A stretch of DNA of 64,000 nucleotides from assembly GCA_963702475.1 (NCBI GenBank), contig CAVPCT010000005.1, positions 416,001-480,000 on the forward strand, in the 5' to 3' direction. Position numbers and translations under genes: made by a program. The stretch is from an uncultured Thermoleophilia bacterium (GTDB lineage Bacteria > Actinomycetota > Thermoleophilia > UBA2241). This document shows, in pieces, positions 39,378 to 49,497 of the stretch. Each line of letters starts with the position of its first letter. Within the stretch, counting starts at the first letter, position 1. The notes under the pieces are model-generated. The model had not been told where the DNA came from. It saw only the letters and a list, made by a program, of their open reading frames with translations, and made no database searches.

Positions 39378-39536
39378 TCAGAGGCCGCGCCGCCACTGCA
39401 CGAACGCGAACGCCCCTACCGCGACCGCCCCCGCGAACAGGAGGACGGCGAGCAGATGGAACCCCACAGCCCACAGAAGGCCGGCGGCCAGCAGGTCGAT
39501 GAAAGCGCCGGCGGCCAGCAACAGGGACGCCTTCAC
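39378..39536 (-). CDS. 52-aa two-TM small protein coupled to the M20 peptidase
   Basis: GTGA overlap; MKASLLLAAGAFIDLLAAGLLWAVGFHLLAVLLFAGAVAVGAFAFVQWRRGL*. Confidence 0.6.
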   Translation of the reverse strand: MKASLLLAAGAFIDLLAAGLLWAVGFHLLAVLLFAGAVAVGAFAFVQWRRGL

Positions 39537-40897
39537 GCCAGCACCTCCAGGGCGATGCGTTCGGCGAACAGCGCCTGGAAGGCGAGGTCGCGAACGCTGA
39601 TGCGCTCGTCAACGTTGTGGTAGCGCTCCGTCACGGCGGCGTAGTCCTCCTCCACGTGAGGCGAGAAGTTGTAGGCCACGACGCCGGGGGCAAGGCTGCG
39701 GAACCAGTTGGAGTCGGTGAACCCGACGCAGTGGGCGTTCGCCAGCTTCGCGCCCGGCACGTGCCGCCCCAGCACGCTGCGAATCGCGTCCGACAGCGGC
39801 GAAGGATACCGGGAGGCGTTGCCGCGCACCGGCGAACCGATCCACTCGAACGCCCAGCGCGCCTCCACGCCGGAGAGCGCGTCGCGCACCTCGGCCTCGA
39901 TCTCGCGCTCGTCATGCCCTGCGAGCATGCGGCAATCCACGCAGACCTCCACGCGCGTGGGGTACACGTTCACCGCCTCGCTGTTGCCGCGCACGATCGT
40001 CGGCGAGAAGGCCGACCCGTACAACGGCTCGACCATGTCGGCGAGGCCGGGGTCCCGGGCCGAGAGCTCGCGCAGGGCGCCGCGGGCGCGCGCGGGGTCG
40101 CGCAGGCGCGCGCGCAGGTCCAGGTCGTCCACCAGGAGCTCCACGAGCTCGGCGGACGACCCGTCGACCACGACGGGCAGCTCGTGGGCCGCGAGCGCCT
40201 CCACGACGTGCGCGGCGCCGACCACGGCGTTGCCGCCGCGCAGGGGCACAGATGCATGCCCACCGTCGCCGGACACGACGATGCGGAACTGGGCGGTGCC
40301 CTTCTCGCCCGTCTCGAGCAGGTACACCGGGGCGCCGCCATGCATGATGAAGTGGCCCCCGCCCTCGTTGATCACGTAGTCGGTGCGCACCAGGTCGGGG
40401 CGGTGCTCCAGCAACCAGCGGGCGCCGCACACGGAGCCCTCCTCCTCGTCGGCGGTGCAGGCGTAGACCAGCGTCCCGGCGAACGGCGCCCCCGCTGCGG
40501 CCAGGCGTCGCACGGCCACGGCGTGGGCGGCGACGAGGTTCTTGATGTCGATGGCGCCGCGGCCCCACACGTAGCCGTCCTTCTCCACCCCGGCGAACGG
40601 CGGCACCTGCCACCCCGCCGGGTCGGCCGGCACCACGTCCTCGTGGGCGAGGAGCAGGAGCGACGGCCCCGGCCCGCTGCCCTCGAGGCGCAGGACGAAG
40701 CTGCGCCGGTCGGCCGGCTCGCCCACGATCTCCCCGTGCAGGCCGGCCTCCGCGAACCAGGCGGCCATGAGCTCGGCCACCCGGGTCTCATTGCCCGGAG
40801 GGTTGCTGGTGTCGATGCGGATGAGCCGGCAGAGCAGCTCGCTGGTCTCCCGCTCGACCTCCTCCACGACGGCCGGGTCGATGCCGACGATGTCCAC
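39533..40897 (-). CDS. M20/M25/M40 metallopeptidase
   Basis: HEDVVP, WGRGAIDIK, ADEE, NEGG, GFTD, YHNVDERI. Confidence 0.9.
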   Translation of the reverse strand: MDIVGIDPAVVEEVERETSELLCRLIRIDTSNPPGNETRVAELMAAWFAEAGLHGEIVGEPADRRSFVLRLEGSGPGPSLLLLAHEDVVPADPAGWQVPPFAGVEKDGYVWGRGAIDIKNLVAAHAVAVRRLAAAGAPFAGTLVYACTADEEEGSVCGARWLLEHRPDLVRTDYVINEGGGHFIMHGGAPVYLLETGEKGTAQFRIVVSGDGGHASVPLRGGNAVVGAAHVVEALAAHELPVVVDGSSAELVELLVDDLDLRARLRDPARARGALRELSARDPGLADMVEPLYGSAFSPTIVRGNSEAVNVYPTRVEVCVDCRMLAGHDEREIEAEVRDALSGVEARWAFEWIGSPVRGNASRYPSPLSDAIRSVLGRHVPGAKLANAHCVGFTDSNWFRSLAPGVVAYNFSPHVEEDYAAVTERYHNVDERISVRDLAFQALFAERIALEVLA

Positions 40898-41102
40898 ACG
40901 TGCCTCCTCCGCTCCGCCGCCCGCACCTATCGCAACGGGCGGGCCTCCCCGCGCATGATAGGAGAGGCTGCGGCCCCGCGCGAGTGGCACCGCCGCGCGC
41001 CCTCGGCGTCCCACCCGGCGCCTGCCGGACGCGGTACACGCCCCCCGCCACTTGCGGTACACTATGTCCCCCCGCGGCGCCCCGGCGCCACGGGCCATGT
41101 GC

Positions 41103-41195
41103 GGAGAAGTGGCCGAGTGGCTGAAGGCAACCGCCTGCTAAGCGGTTAAGGGGTGTCAAACTCCTTCCCGGGTTCGAATCCCGGCTTCTCCGCCA
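41103..41195 (+). tRNA. tRNA-Ser(GCT)
   Basis: GGAGAAG/CTTCTCC stem, ACCGC-CTGCTAA-GCGGT arm, CCA. Confidence 0.95.
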
Positions 41196-41278
41196 GTCCT
41201 CCCCTCCCCCTGCTCCCCGCGCTCCTCGGCAGGCGGTTCTCTTGCGTCGCCGTTTTCGGGTATACTCTCGGTCCGCGC

Positions 41279-41356
41279 GCGCCTGTAGCTCAGTTGGATC
41301 AGAGCGTCGGTCTACGGAACCGAAGGTCACAGGTTCGAGTCCTGTCAGGCGCGCCA
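41279..41356 (+). tRNA. tRNA-Arg(ACG)
   Basis: GCGCCTG/CAGGCGC stem, TCGGT-CTACGGA-ACCGA arm, CCA; TATACT upstream. Confidence 0.95.
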
Positions 41357-41400
41357 CTTCCCCGGCTCCCCGGCTCATGTGCTCACCGGCTCCGTTCCGC

Positions 41401-41496
41401 GGCTCCGCCCTCTACGTGGTCACTGCGGACGGCTCCGGGCTCTCGCAGGTCCCGAACGTCGTAGATGCCCTCAGCCCGGCCTGGCGGCCGGAGTAG
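41401..41496 (+). pseudogene. Orphan C-terminal fragment of a TolB/PD40 beta-propeller gene
   Basis: SALYVVTADGSGLSQVPNVVDALSPAWRPE*, with no matching upstream coding sequence. Confidence 0.6.
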
Positions 41497-41700
41497 CTGC
41501 CGCTGCCGAGCCAGGCGGATCCAGGCAAGAGCCCCTGGCGTTCGTCCAGGGACATGCAGGAGACCGGGTCCCTGCGCCCACGAGAATCAGGAGCCCTGCA
41601 TGCGCGAGCGCCCGAGGCCGCGCGCGGTCCAGCTCATCTCTCGGCGCACCGGGCCACGCCATCCAGTAGCACGAGCGCGGCCCACCCGCGTGTGCTCGTC

Positions 41701-43662
41701 CTACCTCGCCGGCTTGACCTCGAGCACGTCGAGTGCGAACAGCTTCGCGTCCCACCAGTTCTCGTTGGTGCGCTGGCACGCCCACAGGTAACGGCCGTCC
41801 CAGGCCAGGTCCCAGGTGCCCTCGGACGCGGGGTAGATCCAGCCGAGTACGTGACCTTCGACGTCGAACTTGTAGATCCGGGCGCCGGGCACCCAGAAGC
41901 ACTCGCCGTCCCAGGCGATCCCACCTGTGGCCCACTCGTCGAGCTCGATCGTGGCCTTGACGCTGCCCCCGCGGTCCATCCGATAGATGGTCGGCGTCGC
42001 CCACCCCATGACGTCGAGATAGGTGCCGTCCCAGGTGACGCCCTTGCAGCCGCTCTTGGGGTCGGGCGTCGCGAACGTCGCGAGCTCTTCGCCCGTTCGC
42101 GGATCTACCTTCGAGATGCGTTTCTCGGCGAAGTCGACGACCCACAGGGAGGTGCCGTCCCAGGCCATCCCCCACGGCTGCGGGCCGGGAGCGGGGAACT
42201 CCGTGAGGACCGCGCCGGTGACCGGATCAAGCTCGTAGATCTGGCCCGTGCCGATGCTCGCGGTCCAGATGTGCTCGCCGTCCCACGCGACCGACCAGGT
42301 CAAGCCCAGCCCAGCCCCGAGCTTGCGCGCAATGCGACGGGTCTCATCGTCGGGGTACACGTACTGGTAGCGATCCAGCAGCGGATCGCCCGGGATGTAG
42401 CCGAGCGGATGCGACCAGTCGGCGGAGTATCCCAGATCGATCGCTGCGGGAGGGAAGAACGCGGTCTCGACACTGACGACGGGCTCCGGCGTATCTCCGT
42501 GCGCGTTGCCGGCGAACTCCACGTTGCTCACCCGCACGTTGTTGTCTCCCTGGCCGAAGCCGATACCGAAACCCCTGTTGTCCCTGATCGAGACCCCGTA
42601 CGCGCGCAGCGTGGCATTGTCGTCCACGGACAGGCCGTTGGCCCCGTTGTCGTGCACGAGGGAGCGGCGGATCTCCAGGTCGGTCGCGTCGACGTGCACT
42701 CCGTTGGTGCCCGAGCGCCACACCTCGCACTCGTCCATGGTGATCGTGTTGAACTGCTCGGCAGCCAGGCCGTTGTAGCCGTTCTCGACGATCTGGCAGT
42801 GGTCCAGGCGGCCGGTGCTGTCGGATTCGAAGTACACGCCCTCCCAGTTGTTCCAGCGGAAGACGCAGTGCGAGAGATCCGCGGTGCCACGCCAGACGTT
42901 GAGACCCTGCTGCGCGTACTCGAACACCGCGTAGCGGAAGACGCAGGGTGCGTCTGGGGCCAGGAGCCTGATCATGCTCCAGTCGCCGTTGCAGGGGGTC
43001 GTATCGGCGGACGTGAAGTAGATGGGTCGCTCGGCGCTGCCCTCGGCGAGGACGCGACCCTCGACCATGAGCGAGCAGCGTGGCTCGGTGCTGCGGTAGC
43101 TCCTCGTGGCTCGGAACATGACCCTGGTCCCCGGCTCGACCGTGAGCGTCACGTGCGGTGACACGACGACGGTGCCGGCGACGAGGATGTCGCCCGACCA
43201 CACGGTGTCGCGTGTCAGCGTGCCCTCCACGATCACGGGAGACGCGGCGATCTCGACGGTGGCCTTGAGAGGATAGGGACGTGCCCGGCGGCCGCGCAGG
43301 TCCTTGGCGTACACTTCGATGGCGTAGCGCCCCGCAGGTTCCGCATCTCCATGCGAATCACGGCCGTTCCAGGTGATCGTCCGCCTGCCGCTCTCGGTCG
43401 CGCGCCAGAGCTGCAACTCCCTCACGATGGTGGCCCCGCTCCTGACGACGACCCGCACGCGGCATCGCGCGCTGACCGAGTAGGTGAGCTTGGCCTGGTC
43501 GGCGACGCCGTCGCCGTTCGGGGAGATCACAGCCGGCTCCAGTGACACCGCGGCCATCCGGAGCGAGGCTGCCCGGGACTGCGCGTCGGAGACCGCCGTG
43601 ACGGCCAGCGCCACGAGCCCGAGCAGAATGGCGTGGCGCAGGAAGCGCACAGCCACACTCAT
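41701..43662 (-). CDS. Secreted multidomain protein: FlgD-like Ig + right-handed beta-helix + beta-propeller
   Basis: Signal peptide, ISPNGDGVAD...WNGRD, xxNxxxG beta-helix repeats, repeated (V/M/I/L)(A/T)WDG blades. Confidence 0.75.
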   Translation of the reverse strand: MSVAVRFLRHAILLGLVALAVTAVSDAQSRAASLRMAAVSLEPAVISPNGDGVADQAKLTYSVSARCRVRVVVRSGATIVRELQLWRATESGRRTITWNGRDSHGDAEPAGRYAIEVYAKDLRGRRARPYPLKATVEIAASPVIVEGTLTRDTVWSGDILVAGTVVVSPHVTLTVEPGTRVMFRATRSYRSTEPRCSLMVEGRVLAEGSAERPIYFTSADTTPCNGDWSMIRLLAPDAPCVFRYAVFEYAQQGLNVWRGTADLSHCVFRWNNWEGVYFESDSTGRLDHCQIVENGYNGLAAEQFNTITMDECEVWRSGTNGVHVDATDLEIRRSLVHDNGANGLSVDDNATLRAYGVSIRDNRGFGIGFGQGDNNVRVSNVEFAGNAHGDTPEPVVSVETAFFPPAAIDLGYSADWSHPLGYIPGDPLLDRYQYVYPDDETRRIARKLGAGLGLTWSVAWDGEHIWTASIGTGQIYELDPVTGAVLTEFPAPGPQPWGMAWDGTSLWVVDFAEKRISKVDPRTGEELATFATPDPKSGCKGVTWDGTYLDVMGWATPTIYRMDRGGSVKATIELDEWATGGIAWDGECFWVPGARIYKFDVEGHVLGWIYPASEGTWDLAWDGRYLWACQRTNENWWDAKLFALDVLEVKPAR

Positions 43663-43996
43663 GCCGCACCCGCCTCTCGAGGAAGACGAGCAGTGCCGGG
43701 CGTCCCGCGGTCACCTACCTCGCGCCCGGCGACGCTCCACCAGCATAGCGGAACGCGAAGGCGGTCACCGTTGCGCGTCCTCGTCGTGGGAGACAACCGA
43801 TGCCGCGTCGTCACGGCGGACACGCGTCGCACTTCCGGTCAGGGCGCCGCGATCGCTGACCACTCCGTCTCGGCAGCCTGGGTCGCGTCCTTCCCTGGCA
43901 CGGCGGCACTCATGGGGTAGGAGCTGCGGGCGCGAGGCGAAGCCCGCAGAGGGTAGCGCCTCCTTCCTCCCGTGCTTCACGGGTGGGCCTGGGTGC

Positions 43997-44536
43997 TCAC
44001 CGGCCTCTCGGGAACCTCGGGATGAGGAAGGGCACGTCCCGCTTGTACGCGAGGTAGGCCTCGCCGAACCGCTCGGCCAGCTCAGCTTCCTCGAAGCGTT
44101 TGAGGTAGACGAGCAGCGAGGAGGCGAGGCCGAGGACCAGGGTCGTGCCGGCGACCGTTCCCGCACCGATACCGATGCCGAGGTAGGCGAGGATGCTCCC
44201 CAGGGTCATCGGATTGCGGCAGGAGCGGAACGGCCCCTCCGTCAGCAGCTCCTGAGTGGGCATCACCGGCAGTGGCGTGCCCCGGCCCCGATCCAGCTGA
44301 GTGACCACCGACCAGAGACCGAGGGAGAACCCCACGACCATCAGCAGTCCGCCGGCGGCGCGGCGCATCCGGCGCATCCCGAGGCGCGGGAGGCCGAGGC
44401 GGCGGTCGAGGCGCGGGCCGGCCGCGCCCACGACGAGTGGGAGCAGGCCCAGGAAGACCGGGCCGGCGAGCAGCGTCGTCGCCAGCCTCGTGACGGCGCC
44501 GTGCTCTCGCTGGGCCCAGGTTGTGTAGCGGGACAT
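43997..44536 (-). CDS. Isoprenylcysteine/phospholipid methyltransferase (ICMT/PEMT) family protein
   Basis: GRGTPLP...LLTEGPFRSCRNPM...EEAELAERFGEAYLAYKRDVP. Confidence 0.85.
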   Translation of the reverse strand: MSRYTTWAQREHGAVTRLATTLLAGPVFLGLLPLVVGAAGPRLDRRLGLPRLGMRRMRRAAGGLLMVVGFSLGLWSVVTQLDRGRGTPLPVMPTQELLTEGPFRSCRNPMTLGSILAYLGIGIGAGTVAGTTLVLGLASSLLVYLKRFEEAELAERFGEAYLAYKRDVPFLIPRFPRGR

Positions 44537-44558
44537 GTCCCTTCCAGGTGCGATCGAC

Positions 44559-44765
44559 TCACGAACCGTCAGTTGCGCAGCCGGTCGCTGAGCGCACGGG
44601 TGAGCTCGTGCAGGAACGACTCCACGTTGGGCCCGCGGCGCGGGCGACCTGCGCCGCGATCTCCGCGAAGACGCCGTGGAGCGTCGAGGCGACCTCGAGG
44701 TCGTCGAGGTCGGTCTGGAGGGGCAGGTGGAGCGCTCGGCGCATTGGAGAGGTCGCGGTGCTCAT
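44559..44765 (-). CDS. Short hypothetical ORF, possibly frameshifted
   Basis: AAAGGAG RBS; an alternative frame after about 44630 gives a helical end NVESFLHELTRALSDRLRN*. Confidence 0.35.
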   Translation of the reverse strand: MSTATSPMRRALHLPLQTDLDDLEVASTLHGVFAEIAAQVARAAGPTWSRSCTSSPVRSATGCATDGS

Positions 44766-44946
44766 GAGGTGCTCCTTTCCGCTCACGCCGGCCACGCCCC
44801 CACTCCCCAGGAAGCCGGCTCCCCACCGGAGTTGTTCCCCTAACGGTGGCGGGTCATCTGGCCGGCGAGGCACAGGGCGCGAGGTCCGTTCTGGGAACAA
44901 CTTCACCGGGGGGTGGCGAGTGTTCCCGCCGGAGGGGGCGATCGAG

Positions 44947-45885
44947 ATGAAGGACGCGCAGAACGGCCGTCAGTCGCAGGTCGGCGAACGGTCCGCGGCG
45001 TGGGCGTGGGTGTGCGTGGTGGTGGTGCCGGCGGTCTTGGCGGTGGCCCTGATCGCCGCGTGGATCGGTCTGGGCGACTCCATCGGCGGCGTCGGGGTGG
45101 TAGGCGTGGTGGTCGTGCTCATCGCCGCACCCACGGCCGGGCTCGTGCTGGCCCTCCGTGCAAGACGCGCAGGGCGGCGGTCCGGCACGGCGGCCGCGGT
45201 GGTGTCGGGAGTCGTTCTGGCCGCTGTGCTGGTCCTCGTTGGGGGAGAGGTGGTCCAGATCCTGACGTACGAGGTCCCCACCGTGCGCGCTCCGTCGAAG
45301 ACGGCGTTCGTCGTCGCCTACGACGGCGGCTTCTGGTTCGAGGTAGGCGGCGACGCGAACGCACCCACGGCCGTGGGTCACGATGCCGGCACACCCATCC
45401 CCGCCGACTACGACGTCGCCATAGCCACGGGCTGGAGAGGCACGTCCCCCGACCAGCTCAAGACCGAGCGATTCATCAAGATGAGGATCCCGGAGGCCGG
45501 CGTGGACATGACCTATGACCGAGGGACGGGCGGCAAGTCGGACAGCAAGGCCTATGGGGGCGGCGCGACCCTCTACGATGCGTACTGGGTCACGTTGCTG
45601 GTCCCGATCACGGGCTTCAAGCCGCCCGGCGGAACGCAGGTCTACGCCAGCCACTGGTGGGTGCCGCTGACCGACACCGAGTGGGAGTACGGCAGCGCCA
45701 CGAACCTCACCGCGGACGGGAAGCTCCCTCAGGGGACCTACACCGTCTACTACGAAGAGACCATGCAGGGGACGACGACGAGCGTGGACGGCATCTACGA
45801 TTGTCCGCAGACGCCCTACCACCCGAAGCCGGGCAGGAACGTGACTGCCCCCTACACGTTCACCGTCGGTCCGCCCGCGCCGTGA
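44947..45885 (+). CDS. Hypothetical protein with three N-terminal TM helices and an extracellular beta domain
   Basis: GGAGG RBS, hydrophobic N-terminus, Thr/Tyr/Gly-rich C-terminus. Confidence 0.65.
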   Translation: MKDAQNGRQSQVGERSAAWAWVCVVVVPAVLAVALIAAWIGLGDSIGGVGVVGVVVVLIAAPTAGLVLALRARRAGRRSGTAAAVVSGVVLAAVLVLVGGEVVQILTYEVPTVRAPSKTAFVVAYDGGFWFEVGGDANAPTAVGHDAGTPIPADYDVAIATGWRGTSPDQLKTERFIKMRIPEAGVDMTYDRGTGGKSDSKAYGGGATLYDAYWVTLLVPITGFKPPGGTQVYASHWWVPLTDTEWEYGSATNLTADGKLPQGTYTVYYEETMQGTTTSVDGIYDCPQTPYHPKPGRNVTAPYTFTVGPPAP

Positions 45886-45943
45886 CCCGCGACCCGCGCG
45901 ACCTCGTGGACGTCCGCGCTGGCGAGTACAGAGACCTCCGTGT

Positions 45944-45975
45944 GGTCAGGGGTTCGACTCCCCTGCGGTCCACCA
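45944..45975 (+). tRNA. 3' fragment of tRNA-Ala(TGC): variable loop, T arm, acceptor 3' strand and CCA
   Basis: GGTCAGGGGTTCGACTCCCCTGCGGTCCACCA; pairs with the 5' half at 63156-63208. Confidence 0.88.
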
Positions 45976-46099
45976 CCTGGTTCACGCTCAGACACTACGC
46001 TCGTTTCGCTCGTTTCGTCGTATGGCTCCCGGCTCCTCACCGGCGCTTCGCACGGCGCGCCTGACCGCCCGGTCCCGTCCGCGCGGCGCGTCCCGCGGC

Positions 46100-47107
46100 C
46101 TACTCCAGCAGCTTCGCGCGCATCGCCGCGAGCTCGGCGTCCGTGATCGCCCCCGAGAGTCGCAGCTGCGAGAGTCTGTCGAGGGCGGCCTCCTTGGCGG
46201 CGTCCGGCATGCGGCTCGGGGCTCGGGCGTCAGAAGGATCTTCGCCGGAGGTCGTCGCCGCGCCCGTGAACACAGGACCGAGCGAGGCGCGGAACTCGTC
46301 GTCGGTCAGCGATCCCTGGGCGTGCAGCTCGGCCAGGCGCTGGACCTCGTCGGTCACCGGTGACGGCCTGCCCGACGGCGCACGGCCCTCCAGCCGCACG
46401 CCGGCCTCCGCAAGCACGGGAGCCAGAGCTTGGCGGACGTCGTCCGGGGCCACGCCGTCGAGTGCGAAGGCCTCGTAGCCGCGCGGCCTGAGGTGTGTCA
46501 CCAGGAAGGTGCGGTCCTCGGCCGTCCGCGCACCGAGGGTGCGCCCATCGGCCGAGATGGAGGTCGTGAGCCCCGACCTCGCGAGCACCTGCCCGGCGTA
46601 CAGGCTGACGCTCACCACATCGGTGAGCGAGACGGACGGACCGGGGCCTCCACCGCCTCTGACGCCCAATGCGAGGCTGGTCACGAGCATCGACCCGTCG
46701 AGCGAAGGTCCCAGGCTGGGCTGCCCGCCGACGTAGTGGGCGCGGGCGAAACGACACTGGAGCGGACGGGCGGCGGGCCCGAGGGCGCATGCGCCCGGGT
46801 CGGCGCCGTGCGTCGCCGGCACGGCGGCCGGCGGCGCCGCAGGTGAGGTCGCCGCCGCAGCCGGAGCGGCAGCGGTCGGCGCGACCGCAGTGACAGCCGC
46901 GCCGACCGCGCCTCCTTCCCGGTGCGCCAGCGAGCGCACCCACGCGCGGGTGCCGCCGGTGCTCCACAGCAGCGGAGTCACGCGGTCGTACTCGAGCACC
47001 TGCGCGGCGCTGATCGCGCCGAACCCCTGCAGCACGAAGCGGCCCTCGTCGTGCGTGATGGTCCTGCCGGCCCACGCCGTGTCGGCACTGAAGCTCGCGA
47101 CCAGCAC
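46100..47107 (-). CDS. Protein with two C-terminal SHOCT domains
   Basis: EVQRLAELHAQGSLTDDEF and LDRLSQLRLSGAITDAELAAMRAKLL. Confidence 0.75.
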   Translation of the reverse strand: MLVASFSADTAWAGRTITHDEGRFVLQGFGAISAAQVLEYDRVTPLLWSTGGTRAWVRSLAHREGGAVGAAVTAVAPTAAAPAAAATSPAAPPAAVPATHGADPGACALGPAARPLQCRFARAHYVGGQPSLGPSLDGSMLVTSLALGVRGGGGPGPSVSLTDVVSVSLYAGQVLARSGLTTSISADGRTLGARTAEDRTFLVTHLRPRGYEAFALDGVAPDDVRQALAPVLAEAGVRLEGRAPSGRPSPVTDEVQRLAELHAQGSLTDDEFRASLGPVFTGAATTSGEDPSDARAPSRMPDAAKEAALDRLSQLRLSGAITDAELAAMRAKLLE

Positions 47108-47301
47108 GTCCCGTCCTTTCCGTCGTCGAGGCGCTGCTGCGCGCCGGGCCGAAGTCTACAGGCGCGGGCTCCCCGCCGGGAGGGCGCGTTCCCTGTCACC
47201 ACCGCGCCGGCCGGCCACCGCACGGCCTCCCCTTGACCGTGGGCCTGCGTGACATACGGTGTCGCCATGCAGCGCCGGGCGACAGACACGGGACGGACCG
47301 G

Positions 47302-49497
47302 ATGACGCGGGCGGAGACGCACGGGATGCGGGCGAGGGGCGACGCGCGCCACCCGCTCGTCTCGCGCGCCGTTCGCGAGGGGCGGCACGCCCTCGACGAA
47401 CGCGAGGCCAAGGCTCTGCTCTCGGCCTACGGCATCCCGACACCGCTGGGCGCCGTGGTCAGTACCGCGGAAGAGGCGGCGCGGACGGTGCGGGCGTTGG
47501 GCAGGCGCTGCGTGCTCAAAGCGCTCGGCCCCGACATCCAGCACAAGAGCGACACGGGCCTGATAGAGACCGACGTGCACGACGCCGCTGCGGCGCGAGC
47601 GGCGTTCCACCGCATCGTCGAGCACGCCGCAGGGCGGGCGGCCGGCGGCGTGCTCGTCGAGGAGTGGGTCCCCCACGAGCGCGAGTTCCTCGTCGGCATG
47701 CGCCGCGACGAGCAGTTCGGGCCGGTGCTGGCGCTCGGCCTCGGCGGCATCTTCACGGAGGCCGTCGCCGACGTCTCGTTCGCGCTGCCGCCCGTGGACG
47801 TCGCGGCGTGCAGAGGCTTGGTCGAGGGGCTGCGGAGCCGGCGGTTGCTCGGTCCTGTGCGCGGCCTGCCTCGCGTCGACCTTGACCGGCTCACCGAGAT
47901 CGTCCAGGCCATCGCGCAGCTCACGGCAGACAACCCGGAGATCCTCGAGATCGACGTGAACCCGCTGCTGGCGGCGGGAGCCGACCTGGTCGCTGCCGAC
48001 GCGCTGGTCATCCTCGCGACGGGCGATGGGCAGGGCGCATCCGACGCCTCCCCACCCCGGCCGACGCCCTGCCTGGCGGCCGTGTTCGAGCCGCGCTCCG
48101 TGGCCGTGGTGGGCGCCTCGGAGGATCCGGCCAAGTGGGGCGGCTCCGTATTGCGCAACCTCCTCGACGGAGGCTACGGCGGCGCCCTGTACCCGGTGAA
48201 CGGCCGCGGCGGGGCGGTGCTCGGGCTGCCGGCCTTCGCCACGCTCGCCGACCTGCCCGGACCGCCCGAGCTGGCCGTGGTCGCGCTCGGCGGCCCCCAG
48301 GCGGCCACCGTCGTGACCGAGTGTGGCCGCCTGGGCATACGCGCCGCCGTGGTCATCGCCGCAGGGTTCGCGGAGACCGGCGACCGGGGGGCGGCGCTCC
48401 AGCGTGACCTGGCCCGGGCCGCCGACGCCGGCGGCGTGACGCTCGTGGGACCCAACTGCATGGGCGTGCTCTGTACGGGCTCCCGCCTGACCGCGGTCGG
48501 GTTCGTCTCGCTGCACCCCGCGTGCGGCGGCCTGAGCGTCGTCTCGCAGTCGGGCAACATCGGTACCCAGCTGCTGATGAGCGCCGAGCGCCGCGGTGTG
48601 GGCATTCAGAAGTTCGTGAGCAGCGGCAACCAGGCGTCGACCGACGCCAACGACTTCCTCGCCTACCTCGCAGACGACCCGGCCACCGACGCGGTCTTCC
48701 TGTATCTGGAGGGCGCCGGGGATGGGCGTCGCTTCTTCGACCTGACGCGCGCGACGACGCCGCGCAAGCCCGTCGTCGTGCTGCACGGCGGGCTGAGCTC
48801 GGCCGGCAGAAGGGCGGCAAGCTCGCACACCGGCGCGCTCGCCGGCTCGTCCGAGGTGTTCGCGGCGGCGGCCCGCCAGGCAGGCGCGATCGTCGTGGAC
48901 GAGCCCGAGGAGGCCCTCGACGTGGCCGCCGTGCTCGGATCGCTGCCGCTCCCGGCCGGGCCGCGCGTCGCCGTGGTCACGCTCGGCGGCGGCTGGGGCG
49001 TGCTGGCGGCCGATGCCGTCGCCGCCGAAGGCCTCGAGCTCGCCGAGCTGCCGGGCGACGTGCTCGCGGCGATCGGCGGGCTCCTGCCGCCTTTCTGGAG
49101 CCACGGGAACCCCATCGACCTCGTGGCCACCGTGGCCGGCGGCGTGCCCGAGCGCGTGATCGAGCTGGTCGCCGGCGCGGACGAGGTGGACGCCGTGCTC
49201 ACGCTCGCGCTGATCGGCAGCCCGAGCAGCGGGCGCGGCGCCGGCAGCGAGGCCGCGGCGCCGGGACCGGCGGGCGGAGCGCTGAACGAGCGCGAGCTGG
49301 CACTGCTGGCGCATATCTCCGCCGTCATGGAGCACACCGGCAAGCCGGTCGTCGGCGTGCCGCTCTCCCCCGTGGAACGGGCGGTCTTCGCCGGAATGGG
49401 CCGCTTCGCGCCGGTGCTCCTGCCGAGCCCGCGCGCCGCCGTGCGCGCGCTCGCGCGGGCGGTCTGGTACGCCGCGCGCAGGCACGGCGCCGGCTGA
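47302..49497 (+). CDS. ADP-forming acetate/acyl-CoA ligase, fused beta-alpha domain order (start uncertain)
   Basis: ATP-grasp first (LDEREAKALL, HKSD, EIDVNP), then CoA-binding domain (PRSVAVVGAS, GPNCMG, SQSG) and phospho-His SHTGALAG. Confidence 0.9.
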   Translation: MTRAETHGMRARGDARHPLVSRAVREGRHALDEREAKALLSAYGIPTPLGAVVSTAEEAARTVRALGRRCVLKALGPDIQHKSDTGLIETDVHDAAAARAAFHRIVEHAAGRAAGGVLVEEWVPHEREFLVGMRRDEQFGPVLALGLGGIFTEAVADVSFALPPVDVAACRGLVEGLRSRRLLGPVRGLPRVDLDRLTEIVQAIAQLTADNPEILEIDVNPLLAAGADLVAADALVILATGDGQGASDASPPRPTPCLAAVFEPRSVAVVGASEDPAKWGGSVLRNLLDGGYGGALYPVNGRGGAVLGLPAFATLADLPGPPELAVVALGGPQAATVVTECGRLGIRAAVVIAAGFAETGDRGAALQRDLARAADAGGVTLVGPNCMGVLCTGSRLTAVGFVSLHPACGGLSVVSQSGNIGTQLLMSAERRGVGIQKFVSSGNQASTDANDFLAYLADDPATDAVFLYLEGAGDGRRFFDLTRATTPRKPVVVLHGGLSSAGRRAASSHTGALAGSSEVFAAAARQAGAIVVDEPEEALDVAAVLGSLPLPAGPRVAVVTLGGGWGVLAADAVAAEGLELAELPGDVLAAIGGLLPPFWSHGNPIDLVATVAGGVPERVIELVAGADEVDAVLTLALIGSPSSGRGAGSEAAAPGPAGGALNERELALLAHISAVMEHTGKPVVGVPLSPVERAVFAGMGRFAPVLLPSPRAAVRALARAVWYAARRHGAG

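Noticed and set aside
45944-45975. 3' end of tmRNA, or attR copy of the nearby tRNA-Arg(ACG)
   Set aside because: No tmRNA body upstream; it does not match the tRNA-Arg 3' end but pairs exactly with the tRNA-Ala 5' half.
41360-46045. Similar GGCTCCC(C)GGCTC...CTCACCGGC stretches after tRNA-Arg and after the tRNA-Ala 3' fragment as island end repeats
   Set aside because: Short, gapped and low-complexity in GC-rich DNA; cannot be told from chance by eye.
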